In this document: positions 9,509-20,000 of the stretch, piece after piece
Position numbering within the stretch: the stretch's first letter is position 1
Layout of the letters: each line of letters opens with the position of its first letter
Source of the DNA: Trichodelitschia bisporula
Lineage: Eukaryota
Length of the DNA: 20,000 nt
Reading direction: 5' to 3'
Assembly (NCBI GenBank): GCA_010356995.1
Contig: ML996705.1
Location: 610,399 to 630,398, forward strand
The notes under the pieces: model-generated
What the model was told of the DNA's origin: nothing
Databases searched by the model: none
What the model saw: only the letters and a program-made list of their open reading frames with translations
Made by a program: the position numbers and the translations under genes

Positions 9509-10421
9509 GGTTAATATGGTGGTGGGATGCGGCGATACCGGAGTAGGAGATTCAGGTCCAGTTGTGTTAGACGAGGTCGATGGGCAGGGCCGGTGTGAGA
9601 GGCTACACTGTTTGGTGTGACTACTGTGCTGCACTGGAGCTGACATTGATATGAATGAAATGGATTTGAGGTCGTTGGGACGCGCGCCGCGATTGGTCGT
9701 GCGCGTCTCGCGTGGCGCGTGTGCACGTGGCACTGAGGGCTAGGCACATGGAGAGTTGGGGTTTGGGAGGCATAAGATAGGGAAGGAGGTGTTTGGATTT
9801 ATTGAATATGCTTTTGAATGCTTTTTGTGTGGTTTGGCTGGTCTTGTTTGGGGAGATTTTGTTGTGTGTGTTCTCTTGCTGTTTTGGGCGCCAAGTGGGC
9901 TCCGTCGCGGCAAGGCTGATGGATCGGGGACGACAGATCGTGCATTGCGTTGGGGAGTTTGGGCTCAGCCTGCGGGCTGGGAGGAGGGCTTGCTGATATT
10001 TATTAGAATATACTTCAGTAGTGGGGATGGTTTCCCTTCGTCTTTTGGGCCTTGTCATGATGGGTAGACAGAGATTTCTTGTTAGGCAAATGTCGTCGTG
10101 GGGGGCATCCTCTGCCTTGCGTTCGGCTACAGTGGAGGAATATCCGCATATGGCACACTAGTTTACTACTCATACACTTTATTACTTGCACAGAGACTAA
10201 AAGTACAACGTTTTGACAGTTCGCTCATACATCACTTCCGCTTTCCTCCCCCAAGTCCGGCAAGGGGCCTACCTTTTTAGGCGGGGGTCAGACCCCTTAC
10301 CAGGCTTCTACTCCGTCTCCGGTTTCTTAAGCCCAAGCATGACCTCCAGGTCATTGCTTAAGGCAGAAATTTCCTCGTTCATCCAACCATATGAGCTCGC
10401 AGCGGGATACGTAATCTCAGA

Positions 10422-13154
10422 TTAGACTCTGCCGTAAAGAACAGCAAACCGGTCATTTATGACCCGTTGCTGAGCCTGGGGTTTAATTCTGCCCCCATTC
10501 ATGAACGGTGCGATTTTTTTGATAAAGTTGAAGGGTATTTTCCTTCCGTTGGGCGACCGTAAGGACTTGCGAGCCAGAAGGCAGCGACCGGCCATCTTCA
10601 CAGCCAGCCTTATTTGCATCGCTGACTATCTTCATCAAGAGCCGGCGAGCGTTGTACAAATTGCCGCTAGCATCCTCGAAGGCCTTGCTCGCATTATTGC
10701 TCCTAAGCGCCTGCTGCATGATTTGTTTTATGTCGTTGAGTATTTTCGATGCCTCTCGGCACCGGACTTGCTCATCCTGGACCGTCCCTGCCAGTCGCTT
10801 GCTGAGATTCTCCTTTAGGGCAGCTGTCTTCTGCTGGGCCTCCGTCGGCGGTTTAAAGACAGGCCCCTTACGCTTCTTATGCCTATTTCCCTTTCCCTGG
10901 TGGGGCGTCTGTTGGAGAGATGACTGAGGCGGTGCCGAGCTCGGGCCGCTGCTCCACCCGCTCGCGCCCAACCCCCTGAGGGAGCTGGCGAGCTATGTGG
11001 AGAAGCAGCCGACGGAGTTTCCACCGGAGCAGGCTCGGAGCGCGAGAGTGCTGGAGGCGGAGCAGAGTGAACAGCGGGAGCAGTCTGGCTCCACCTGCTC
11101 TGGCCCAACCCCCCTGAGGGAGCCGGCGAGCGAGCCGGAGTCGCAGCCCGGGATGTTTGCCGAAACGCGCGCTTGGACGCCCACTGGGGTTTAGTGAGAC
11201 CGCGGGAAGGAGCAGGTGTTGAAGAGGTTTTCAGCCTCTTACACATCTCAAACTTCTTCTCAGGGTTCATCGTGTGCTTGCTGCCCGCCAGCTGTGCTGG
11301 GGGAGTGCGAGTCTGACGGGCGGGGTCGGCCGTCTGTGAGGCGGTAGTGGGAGTTGGGGGGGCAGGGGCGGGGTCGGCCGTCTCAATGGCGGGAGCGGTC
11401 GTCCGAGGGGCGGGGGCGGGGGCGGCCGTCTCAAGAGCGGGAGCGGACGTTTGAGGGTCGGGGGCGGGTACTGTTATGTCGGGGGCAAGTGTCTGAGCAG
11501 TAGTCGCGGCGTTATTGGCAGCGGAAGCTGGCGTCCGAGCGGTGGTAACCGGGTCGTACAGCCACTTCCCCAGCTTCGGCTTGGCTGAGGGCGCCGGTGC
11601 AGGGGGCGTGGCGGGCGTGGATGGTGTGGTACATCTCAATCCAGTCGCAGTCCTTCATTACCCTGAAAGATAGGCGGCGATTGGAGGTCTTGATTGGTGT
11701 GAAGTAAGGAGCGGAGTTGACGGAGGGCGCCGTAGGAGCCTCAGCGGTCCGAGCTGGCCCGCCAGGGAGGTTGTTCAGCATCTCATCTATGGCCGCCGTA
11801 AACATCGCGTCCTCACTGATGGCTTTTGACGCCGGCGCAGGCACGGGAGGCAGCGAGGCTGGCGCAGGCGCAGGTGGCGGCGAGGTCGGCGCAGGCGCGA
11901 GTGGAGGCGATGCTGGCGCAGGCGCGGGAGGCGGCGATGCTGGCGCAGGCGCAAGTGGCGGCGGGTCTGGCGCAGACGCAGAGGGCGGGCCACTCCGGAT
12001 GTCCTTTGAAATAGGTGCGCCAAAGATGTCCTGCAGCAACTCATGCTTCGCTGCTGCAATGGCCGCATCCTGGGCAATGGTCTTTGACGCTGACCCCTCA
12101 TTCGCGACCGCAATGTCCATCTCCCGGGTGACCTTGCGGACGCTTCTGCCACGTCCACTGTAGAACTAGCTTCAGTGACATGATCAACCACCTTACGCGC
12201 CTCGGGCTCCACATGCGTGGGAGCGGCCACTTCAACAGCTGGGACGTCCTCTGTTGTCTCGACCGAAACCATGTCAACTGGACTATCCACGTGCTGGATG
12301 GGGGTGGGTTCGACCTCCTCTTCATTATCGGCCGTACACAAGGTAGGCTTCGGCGTATCATCGGAAGTAGGCGGCGCCACCTCCCCCGTGATCTCGCAGG
12401 CGCTGGGCTCATTGACGTTCACCGCTTCCACCGTAGAAACAGTTTCAGCGATATTATCAATCACCTTACGCACCTCGGGCTCTATAACCAAGGCAGAATC
12501 GGGTACGATACCAGTCATAGGCAGGACCGTATTCGCAGTCACAGCCACTGGCTCAGCGTCCTTCATCTCTTCCAAGGGAGCGATCACTTCAGCGTTTTGA
12601 CAATCGGTCTGCTGTAGGGGGGTGGGCGAGACCTTCAGTTCGGCATCAGTCGTACACAAGGTAGACGTATCCGCATGATAGAAGGTCTCCTCGGGTTCGT
12701 CATCCGTCATGACCTCGGGGTTTTCACCCGTCGTGAGCACAGGCTCGGTCGTGCCGTTGGTGCCGTCTTCGGTCTCAACCACTGGTGCATCGAGGTCAAG
12801 CTGAAACTTGAACCCATCGATATCGGCAACTACTTGGGAGCCTCAGGTTCAGTCAACGTGTCATCGTCCTCCCAAGCCTGACCGAACTTCTGCCCGGATG
12901 CAAACACTGCTTAGTTAGCGAAGTGGACATTAGACAAGGCGAATGACTTACAGAACAATGCAGCAACGGCTGCCAGGAGAGGGAGAGGAGGCTGGGGGCC
13001 GTGAGCCGGGCGCATCGGGGCACCCGCCGCTGTCAAGTTAGCAATCCTGCGACGATAGTGGATGGGAAGACCTACAGAGAACTGCAACAAGCAGTTCAAA
13101 GAGAAAGAGAGCAAGGAAGATTCCTGGAATGACCCAGGTGAGATGCTTACCCAT
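10422..13154 (-). pseudogene. Frameshift-disrupted gene (pseudogene or assembly errors) for a membrane-anchored low-complexity protein
   Basis: ATG at 13154, with canonical introns at 13075-13030 and 12951-12907 that join two hydrophobic segments in frame. Then come consecutive overlapping ORFs (12782, 12120, 11639, 10971, 10619), linked by frameshifts near 12835, 12140, 11635, 10972 and 10517. Confidence 0.65.
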
Positions 13155-14283
13155 CTCCTGAAGGAGAAGGCAGAGAAGGCTCAAAACAGGAACATGTTGA
13201 TCACTTCGAAATCAAGGAATCAAAGAAACAAAATGCTGCTGTCCGGGGTGTTGTAACGTGTACGAGGTTTGGAGAAAGTCGGCGGCCAGCCTTTTAAAGG
13301 GGACCATTGCCGAGCACAGGCCACCCAATGTTTGCTCCATTCACTGAGCACTGACCAAAATAAGCCAAGCTCTGACAGAGATGGGAGAAGATGCTGAGCG
13401 ACGTTTCAACCCATACATGCTTAGGTCTGAAGAACAAGTCGAAGGAGTCCGCCCTAAGTACCAGCGGGTAACTACTTTCAGCCTTGCTGAGTCATCAGAC
13501 AAAAGGAGTATTCTCATCTCACACTTTCGACTCTGCACCCCAGTAGCGAAGCAACCCATCGTAAGGAGTTGGAAGAAGTAAGTAAGCATATAGAGATGCA
13601 AGGACACATGAACTTTGAATAAGATGAGATGTCAATGTTGTCGAGGTGGACGGAACGGAAAAACTCCTTCCCGATCGGGTTGCGGAGTAACCTTAACGGG
13701 CACCTTGATTTTGCATCCGGCCGAACTAGTTACACGAAAACAAAATCGCGAGATCCTGGACTGGAATCTTGACAAATACTTAAGCAGCTCATACGGCGCA
13801 CATAATGTTATAGCTTGCCAACTGGTCCCAGTGAGCTAGCTATCCGTGCCCAAGGGCTGGGTCTCGAACCGGTAAAGACAGTGTTGCTTGAAATGCCGTA
13901 GATAAGCATCATGTTAAAAAAGTACTGCACGTAATGACTTTACAGAGCCTAAATAGAGACAAGCTAAAGCTCCCTTGATCCTGCATTTCTTCCTGTTCTG
14001 TCATATTAATAGTACGACGTCCACTTAACGGCGCGCAAGAAATGGACCTCGGATCAACGCTGGCGTTAAGTGCATGGCGTATGAGACGGTTCAGATATGG
14101 GAGTCAGTCAAGACTTAATGCAAAGCTTCGGCATCTACACGACTTTGCTTCGTCAAAGAGTGACAGTCCATCGTATTAAGGTGAGCAAGCCTCCGAGTTC
14201 CTAGCCATCCAAGTTAAGAGACCGAATCCCCAGCTCAAACACGAAACCCTTCAGCGAACCCAAATCCTCGCCCATCGCCCCAA

Positions 14284-14883
14284 TCAGCACATATTCACGT
14301 TGGTCGAGCACCCTTTGAACCCATTCCCGCAAACATTGTAAATCCCCGTGCCAATAGGGCAAACACCCGGCTCCACCTTGCCCGAGCAGCGCACATCATT
14401 CTTATTCCCCAGGCAGCCAAGGTAACCCGTCGCGCAAACACCAGCACCAAAGTATGTGGTATCCGGGGGGCACTTCCAGCCCGCATTCTCCCCCACACCC
14501 TCTGCCACAATCGGAATCTGCACCGGCAGCGCCTCAGCCCCGCCCAGACCCTTCAAGTCACACACATTCGTCCGCGTGGTGCAGCCGATGAAGCCATTAG
14601 CGCAGTTGTAGAAGTTGCCCAGCCCCTGCTCGCCGCTGCAGTCGTTGTAGAAGCGCTTCGAGCCAGCGCACACGGAGGAATAGCGCGCAAAGTTGACGCA
14701 GCCAATGAATCCGCTGGGGCATTTGTCTTCCTTCGCCTGGTACCAGGTGCCCGTGGGGCAGAAGCTGGAGGGGTCGGCAGTGACGCCTGGGGCGGCGTTG
14801 GAGGGGACTTCGCTGATGGCGACGATGAGCATGGGATTCGCCGCGGCGAGGAGCGGGAGGAGGGTGAGGATTGGGATGTACAT
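14284..14883 (-). CDS. Small secreted cysteine-rich protein, 199 aa, 16 Cys in four CxxG[FY]xGC-containing repeats
   Basis: Signal peptide MYIPILTLLPLLAAA|NP; four regularly spaced 4-Cys units; TATATAAA ~90 bp upstream. Confidence 0.88.
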   Translation of the reverse strand: MYIPILTLLPLLAAANPMLIVAISEVPSNAAPGVTADPSSFCPTGTWYQAKEDKCPSGFIGCVNFARYSSVCAGSKRFYNDCSGEQGLGNFYNCANGFIGCTTRTNVCDLKGLGGAEALPVQIPIVAEGVGENAGWKCPPDTTYFGAGVCATGYLGCLGNKNDVRCSGKVEPGVCPIGTGIYNVCGNGFKGCSTNVNMC

Positions 14884-14972
14884 GGTGATTGGATGGTAGA
14901 TACTTTGTGGTTGTTTGGTTGAATGTTGTAGTTTGGCGACTGATGTGGAAGGAATTGCGTGATTTTCGGCTC

Positions 14973-14980
14973 TTTATATA
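14973..14980 (-). promoter_or_regulatory. TATA box of the Cys-rich protein gene
   Basis: TATATAAA on the minus strand ~90 bp upstream of ATG 14883. Confidence 0.6.
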
Positions 14981-16596
14981 ATTCTGATGCTCATCGCGGT
15001 CGAGTACGATTGCAGCTGTGGTTCAAGTCCCGCTCATGCTCTTCATCCGCCCTCGAGCTCCAGACCATCGAAGCCGCTGCGAGGCCGCCTGCCGCGCAGC
15101 CTTGGAGCTGCAAGTTACAGCGCGCTTAACCAATAGGGAGAAGATACATGCCCATGGTGCTGACGACAAGAAGAGCTGGAAACGGAACCTCCAATGAGGT
15201 CGAGGTAAACTCTCCGACCCAAGCATCTCGCTGGGGCTGCTGAAGTTGCGGGGTAGCTGAAGTGCTGCAAGGCTGAGAACGCATGAGTCGCTGGCTAATG
15301 TACTCATTAGCTATGTTTCTCATACCCGAGTACGCGTCATCAGACGCAGGATATCCTGCTTGAACCTACTCCCGACTGTGCCTGAACGGGCATCCGCTGT
15401 TCCACACTCGCCCTCAGGTATACACCAACCTCATTCACCCTCCAAGCCACCTAAGTACCAGCCGCCCAGCAATAAACGTTCAGCTGCCAAGTGGTGCCCA
15501 GAGACCTGAAAGCTGTCAGCGTCCACCAAACGCTTCTTCCTGCCTATCAATGGACAACACCGCGCACGGAGCTGTAACTCCGCTGACAGCAGCAACGTTT
15601 AGCAAAAGGTTCTGCCGCGCAAATACGCTCACCCACTCCCTACCTCAGCCCACGGCAAGACGGGATCCAGTCTCAGGTCCACGCAGCCGGGCGTCGACTT
15701 CAGCTCTTGAGTTGTCTGCAGTGGTACCTAAACGGAGAACGGTACATGCAGCGCAGATGCAACAAAAGTGCGGCAGACACGCAGTGACCCGCTTTTTTGA
15801 CGTTCAAAGGCCGAGATGCGGGAAGCTGAATCCCTATCCTGCGGACATGCGGAAGCTGAAGTCACATGATGGGGCGGCTGAGAGACATGCTGCAGCCCGG
15901 CGGTTCGAGCTCGGGGCGGGGTAAGGCGGGAGATCCCGCTGCCGCTGGCCTCGGTTAGCGTTTCGGAGCGTAGATCAGGAGAGAAGAATCGAGCAAAGCC
16001 GTGAGGGATCAGGGTTTTTGCCTGGTGGCAGTTTGGGAGTTCCTTCCGGATATGGACGGCACGTGATAGATTTGAGCCTTGCGGCCTTGCTGCCATCGTC
16101 CTCCATGTGGTGCCCGAAGGCCACTTGGGAAGTCATGGCCGTATGCCAGAAAAGCGTCGCTGCTCCGCACTGAAAGGTTTGCTGGGTGGTAAACAATGAT
16201 TATCAGGACGCCCGCCATGACTTTTGCAGGACGCCCTCGGCCCCTGTGCGGACGATGTCCATGCGAGAAGCTTTTGTAGCAAAAGCTTCATTCAACAGCG
16301 CACCAGACATCGCGAAGCCGCGAAGAAGTCTCTCATGATTAGAACCGGGCTTGTAAATAAACCTGTAGAAGAAAGAGGGTGCTGAGCCAAATGCTCGATT
16401 TTAACTAGATTTGAGAAAACTACAGAGTTGGATCAAAATATCCGTTCATACGATGTCACCGGATTAGTCGATTTCAGTGATTTCTTTTCGCCTTTCTTTC
16501 CCTCTGTCTAGGCGAAACTGATGTGTCCATTATCCAATTAGAACAAGGTAATTAACACAAGCTTGTATTTATAATTGTTATAATAACAAATCGCAC

Positions 16597-16714
16597 ACAT
16601 ACGGCCATAGATCAGAGAATGCACCAGTCCCCGTCTGCTCACTGAAGTTAAGCTCTGAATCGGTAGACTAGTAGTTGCGTGGGTGACCAGCAGCGAATCC
16701 CTGCTGCTGTATGT
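16597..16714 (+). rRNA. 5S rRNA gene, isotype A
   Basis: 118 nt, ACATACGGCC...GCTGTATGT, with terminal helix pairing and the AGTTAAGC and CTAGTAGTT...GGGTGACC internal control motifs. A T-run terminator follows, and TTATAA lies at about -28. Confidence 0.95.
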
Positions 16715-16908
16715 TTTAATCTTTTTGCACTCCAGGAGCTCGCAGATCGGCCCGTCCAACGGGGGAAGCTCCGAAACTCAAACCGAGTTGACTTTTGGTC
16801 TCAGGCCATAGGAGAAATTCGTGCCCGGCCTGGGGGTTCGTGTTCCTTTTGACAAGACTGGCCGTCAACCGCCCGTCATCACTAACTTGTTAATACAATA
16901 AGTCCATC

Positions 16909-17026
16909 ACATACGGCCACAGGTCAAAGAGAACACCAGTCCCCGTCTGCTCACTGAAGTTAAGCTTTGAACCGGTTGACTAGTAGTTGCGTGGGTGACC
17001 AGCAGCGAATCCCAACTGCTGTATGT
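16909..17026 (+). rRNA. 5S rRNA gene, isotype B
   Basis: 118-nt 5S sequence followed by T-runs (Pol III terminator). Confidence 0.95.
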
Positions 17027-17363
17027 TTTTTGTCTTTTTTGCACCCCGGAAGCTTGCTGATCGGCCCGTTCAGCGGGAGGAGCTCCGAAGCTTAACGTAA
17101 GCCGACACTTTGGCCAAAGGACCAGCCGAAAAAGTCATAGCTGTCCCGTCCACAAAATCAAGCAGGCGAGATGGCCATGATAATTTTTCAGGTGGCCCGT
17201 GAAGCTTTTTGCTCGGCCGGCTGATCGAGGGGAGATGCTCCGCAGCTTAACGCACGTCCCCTATTCCAACCCAAAAACGCTCTCGCTCGGAGAGCTAACA
17301 CTTCTTTTGACAATGCTTCCGTCTTCTTCGCCAGCTATTAGTTAACTGGCAGCACAGTCCACC

Positions 17364-17481
17364 ACATACGGCCATAGGTCGAAGAGTACACCAGTCCCCG
17401 TCTGCTCACTGAAGTTAAGCTTCGAACCGGTTGACTAGTAGTTGCGTGGGTGACCAGCAGCGAATCCCAACTGCTGTATGT
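17364..17481 (+). rRNA. 5S rRNA gene, isotype B'
   Basis: 118-nt 5S sequence with 4 differences from copy 2, followed by T-runs. Confidence 0.95.
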
Positions 17482-17702
17482 TTTTGCCTTTTTGCTTTTC
17501 TGCGGGTGGATTCACACGGCCGAGGGGTCGACAGAGTGCTGAGAAGTAAGGCGGGACTCGAAGCCCGGATAGGACGGTACAGTTCGGAATCAACATTTCG
17601 CACCGGTGGAGACTGACGGAACAGCCGTAATGACCTCAATGAATTCAACTTCCAGCCATTAGCAAGATGCCTCTTAGCCGCCAAAAACCCAAAGACGAGG
17701 AC

Positions 17703-19129
17703 CTAATCAAACGTAACCTTCGTCCCCTTAAACTCCATTTTCCCCATCGCCTCCTTAACCTTCTTCTTCGCCACCCAACTCGGATGCAACGGCCCCTCAT
17801 CATCCTTCCTCCTAGGAACAACCTTCTTCTCCCGCTCCACAACCGGCTCGGTATTCGCCCCCGTGCTCCTCCTCCCCCTCCCGTGTCCATCGGTCCCCTG
17901 GGCGCCGCGCTTCAGATCCCACCCCTCGTCCCTGCCTCCGCGTTCTTTAGGCGCGTTGGCGACGTGTTTGGCTTTGTCGCCGTATTTTTTTTCCCAGATG
18001 GCGCGGCGCGCGCGCTGGCCCCGTCTGTTTTTGCGAGGCGCGATTTCTTCGCCGAGGTCTGAGGGGGCGGAGTCGCTGCCGGACCAATAGCCGGCCATGG
18101 TGAGGGAGGGGAGGAAGGTTGAGGAGTTGGGTTTTGAGACGGCGGGATCGGCGGTGGGGAGGAGGGGGGCGGTGGCTTTGGCTTTGCGTATGGTGTCTGC
18201 GAGTTCGATGTGCAGTTGTGAGGCTGCGCTGTCGATGCTGGAGGGTAGGGAGGGGGCGTCGGACTCGTTGTCAGAGTCAGAGTCCGAGCCAGGTGCTAGC
18301 CGTGCATCGTAGGTACCGAAGTCGTCGCTTTCGGAGGCGGCGTCCTCGACCCCACTCCCGCTCCCGGCGCCGTCAGACGAGCTGAAACCGTTCCACCCCT
18401 CCTCCTCGGACTCTGAGTCCGCGTCCATATCCACATCGTCGGAGACAGGTGCTCGCGGCTTATTCGTTGTTTCGCTGGTCCGACCCACCGCCCCCAGCGC
18501 ACCCTTCACCCTCTCAACAATCCCATCAACGCACTCACGAACAGGCTGACTCGCACACAAGCGGGCTCGTATATTCGCCGCCGCAAGCTCTTCCAGCGCG
18601 TCCTTCTTCGGCGGATCCGTTGGCGCGGTTGGGAGTACGTCCGTATTCGCAATGGCCTTTACGCGGCCGAGCACGCGGAGCATGTACCCCTCTGCTAGGA
18701 CGGGGAAGTCGCATGCCTGCCAGCTACAATTAGCTCAATCCACATACGAGGCGAAAGATTTGCAGGGTTCCAAGTCGTCCAGTCGCGACCTCCTTCACCC
18801 GCACTCAAGGTGGGACATACCTTCAACGCGCGAATCTCGCGGCACACCTTCTCAACCCCCGGCTGATCCTTCCCCGCCTCCGCAGTCTTCTTCCTCCGAC
18901 TGAGTTTCTGCCGCTCAAACCCACGGGCTAGCTTCAGGGCCTTCGTCAAGTCCTTCTTCCCAGAGTTAAGAAGCGCGGCGATGGTCGTGCGCTGCCTGGA
19001 GGAGAGGCGCGGAGGGGAGGCGGGCGCTGCGACGGCATTGGGGTTCACTTTCGCGGCGCTGGTCGTCTCAGGCCTGGTACTAGGAGCCCCCTCGGCGGGG
19101 GAGGTGGGTTCGCGCTTGCGTTTGGGCAT
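17703..19129 (-). CDS. BUD22: Bud22 / SRFBP1-family ribosome biogenesis protein (~440 aa)
   Basis: Exon 1 is 19129-18821 (MPKRKR...LKLARGFERQKLSRR; alternative in-frame ATG at 19141). The intron 18820-18717 reads GTATGT...GCTAAT...CAG. Exon 2 is 18716-17703, with STFLPSL, KNRRGQRARRAIWEKKYG, LHPSWVAKKK and C-terminal FKGTKVTFD. Confidence 0.93.
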
Positions 19130-19408
19130 GGTGGTGGTCATGCGTGGGCGGGTGTTTGGTTGACGTTGAGATGGTGAAGTTTGAAGCACTTTTTGGGTGT
19201 GGCTGAAGGGTGGGCCAAGGCGCTAGCGCGCGTGGATGTGGCGGTACGGGGATGTCAGTCTTTTGCGCGCAATCGATGAACAGTCGCGCCGCTGGGTGCG
19301 GGCAGAGCCTGGATATCAAATATGAATATTACCACGGTTTTTCTAGCAGTCTTTCATCGGGGTAAAAAGATTGATCCCGAGGACATCTCCGAGTGCAAAA
19401 AGACAGAA

Positions 19409-19526
19409 ACATACAGCAGTTGGGATTCGCTGCTGGGCACCCACGCAACTACTAGTTAACCGGTTCAAAGCTTAACTCCAGTGAGCAGACGGGGACTGGT
19501 GTATTCTTTGGCCTGTGTCCGTATAC
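19409..19526 (-). pseudogene. Degenerate 5S rRNA copy (probable pseudogene)
   Basis: Full-length reverse-complement 5S with 9 substitutions versus copy 2. Three of them break helix pairs without compensation, and one falls in the box C region. Confidence 0.75.
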
Positions 19527-20000
19527 TTAGCTCAATGAGAAAGGTGCTTAATTTGGACTAGCCTGTGCATTGTCATCCTTGCTAGCCATTACTTTCCTCC
19601 GTCTTGCCGCTAAATCCAGCGCCAGATTTCCTCAATTGGAAATTACTGACGTGCTAAGTGATTTTAGATGGGCAGTAACATGTGCTCGTCCTGCCCTCCG
19701 CATTGAACCACAACGCCTCCCTCAAATCGCCTGGTCTTCGGCCTGTCGCCGGCTTCCCTCTCCAGAACCGGCCCGGTTGGACCTGCAAGCGAAGTATCAT
19801 GAGTATCGGAAGGGTCACATCTCAATTAAGCGGGGGCGCCTGTTAGGATCCCTATTTCGTCTTCGCAGTGTCAGCTCTGCCTCAACGTGACTCAGGCAAC
19901 ACTACCCCCGCACTCCGATTCTCCGAGTGGGGTGGCTAGGGGGCTAAGTGTGGAGTTGTACCGTGGTGAGGGAAGGGAAGACGAGCCGAGGCAGTGACGC

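Noticed and set aside
9509..9733. N-terminal 75-aa extension of the 544-aa ORF
   Set aside because: Starts at a non-ATG codon and spans promoter-like CGCG sequence; MAPKRKR at 9508 is a more plausible start.
12830..12832. TAG as an A-to-I editing-restored premature stop
   Set aside because: Read-through in that frame is not protein-like and stops again soon; the coding signal continues in another frame, so a frameshift explains it better.
15000..16250. Possible decayed gene or transposon relic
   Set aside because: Short ORFs and one intron-like 3' end (GCTAAT...TAG near 15300), but no recognisable domain, terminal repeats or consistent frame.
19570..19890. 106-aa ORF near the right edge
   Set aside because: Non-ATG start, no recognisable features, no supporting splice structure.

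Overview
GC-rich eukaryotic DNA from a filamentous ascomycete fungus, judged from short GT-AG introns with CTAAC branch points and dispersed 5S rRNA genes. Recognisable housekeeping genes are a head-to-head AlkB/ALKBH1-type dioxygenase (-) and COQ5 methyltransferase (+), and BUD22 (-). BUD22 sits between three tandem, structurally co-varying 5S rRNA isotypes (+) and a fourth, degenerate 5S copy (-). There are three unnamed secreted-protein genes. The most striking is a spliced Kex2-processed repeat precursor (4370-5096) with 7 invariant HGPDGDDDH modules, each ending in RR. It is divergently paired with a QQGRP-repeat secreted protein. The third is a 16-Cys protein made of four repeats. Also present: a disordered nuclear protein with PIP-like, SQ/TQ and His-acidic features; a ~2.7 kb membrane-anchored low-complexity gene broken by about 5 frameshifts; a partial membrane-protein gene at the left edge; and a cluster of tandem repeats at 0.7-1.8 kb.
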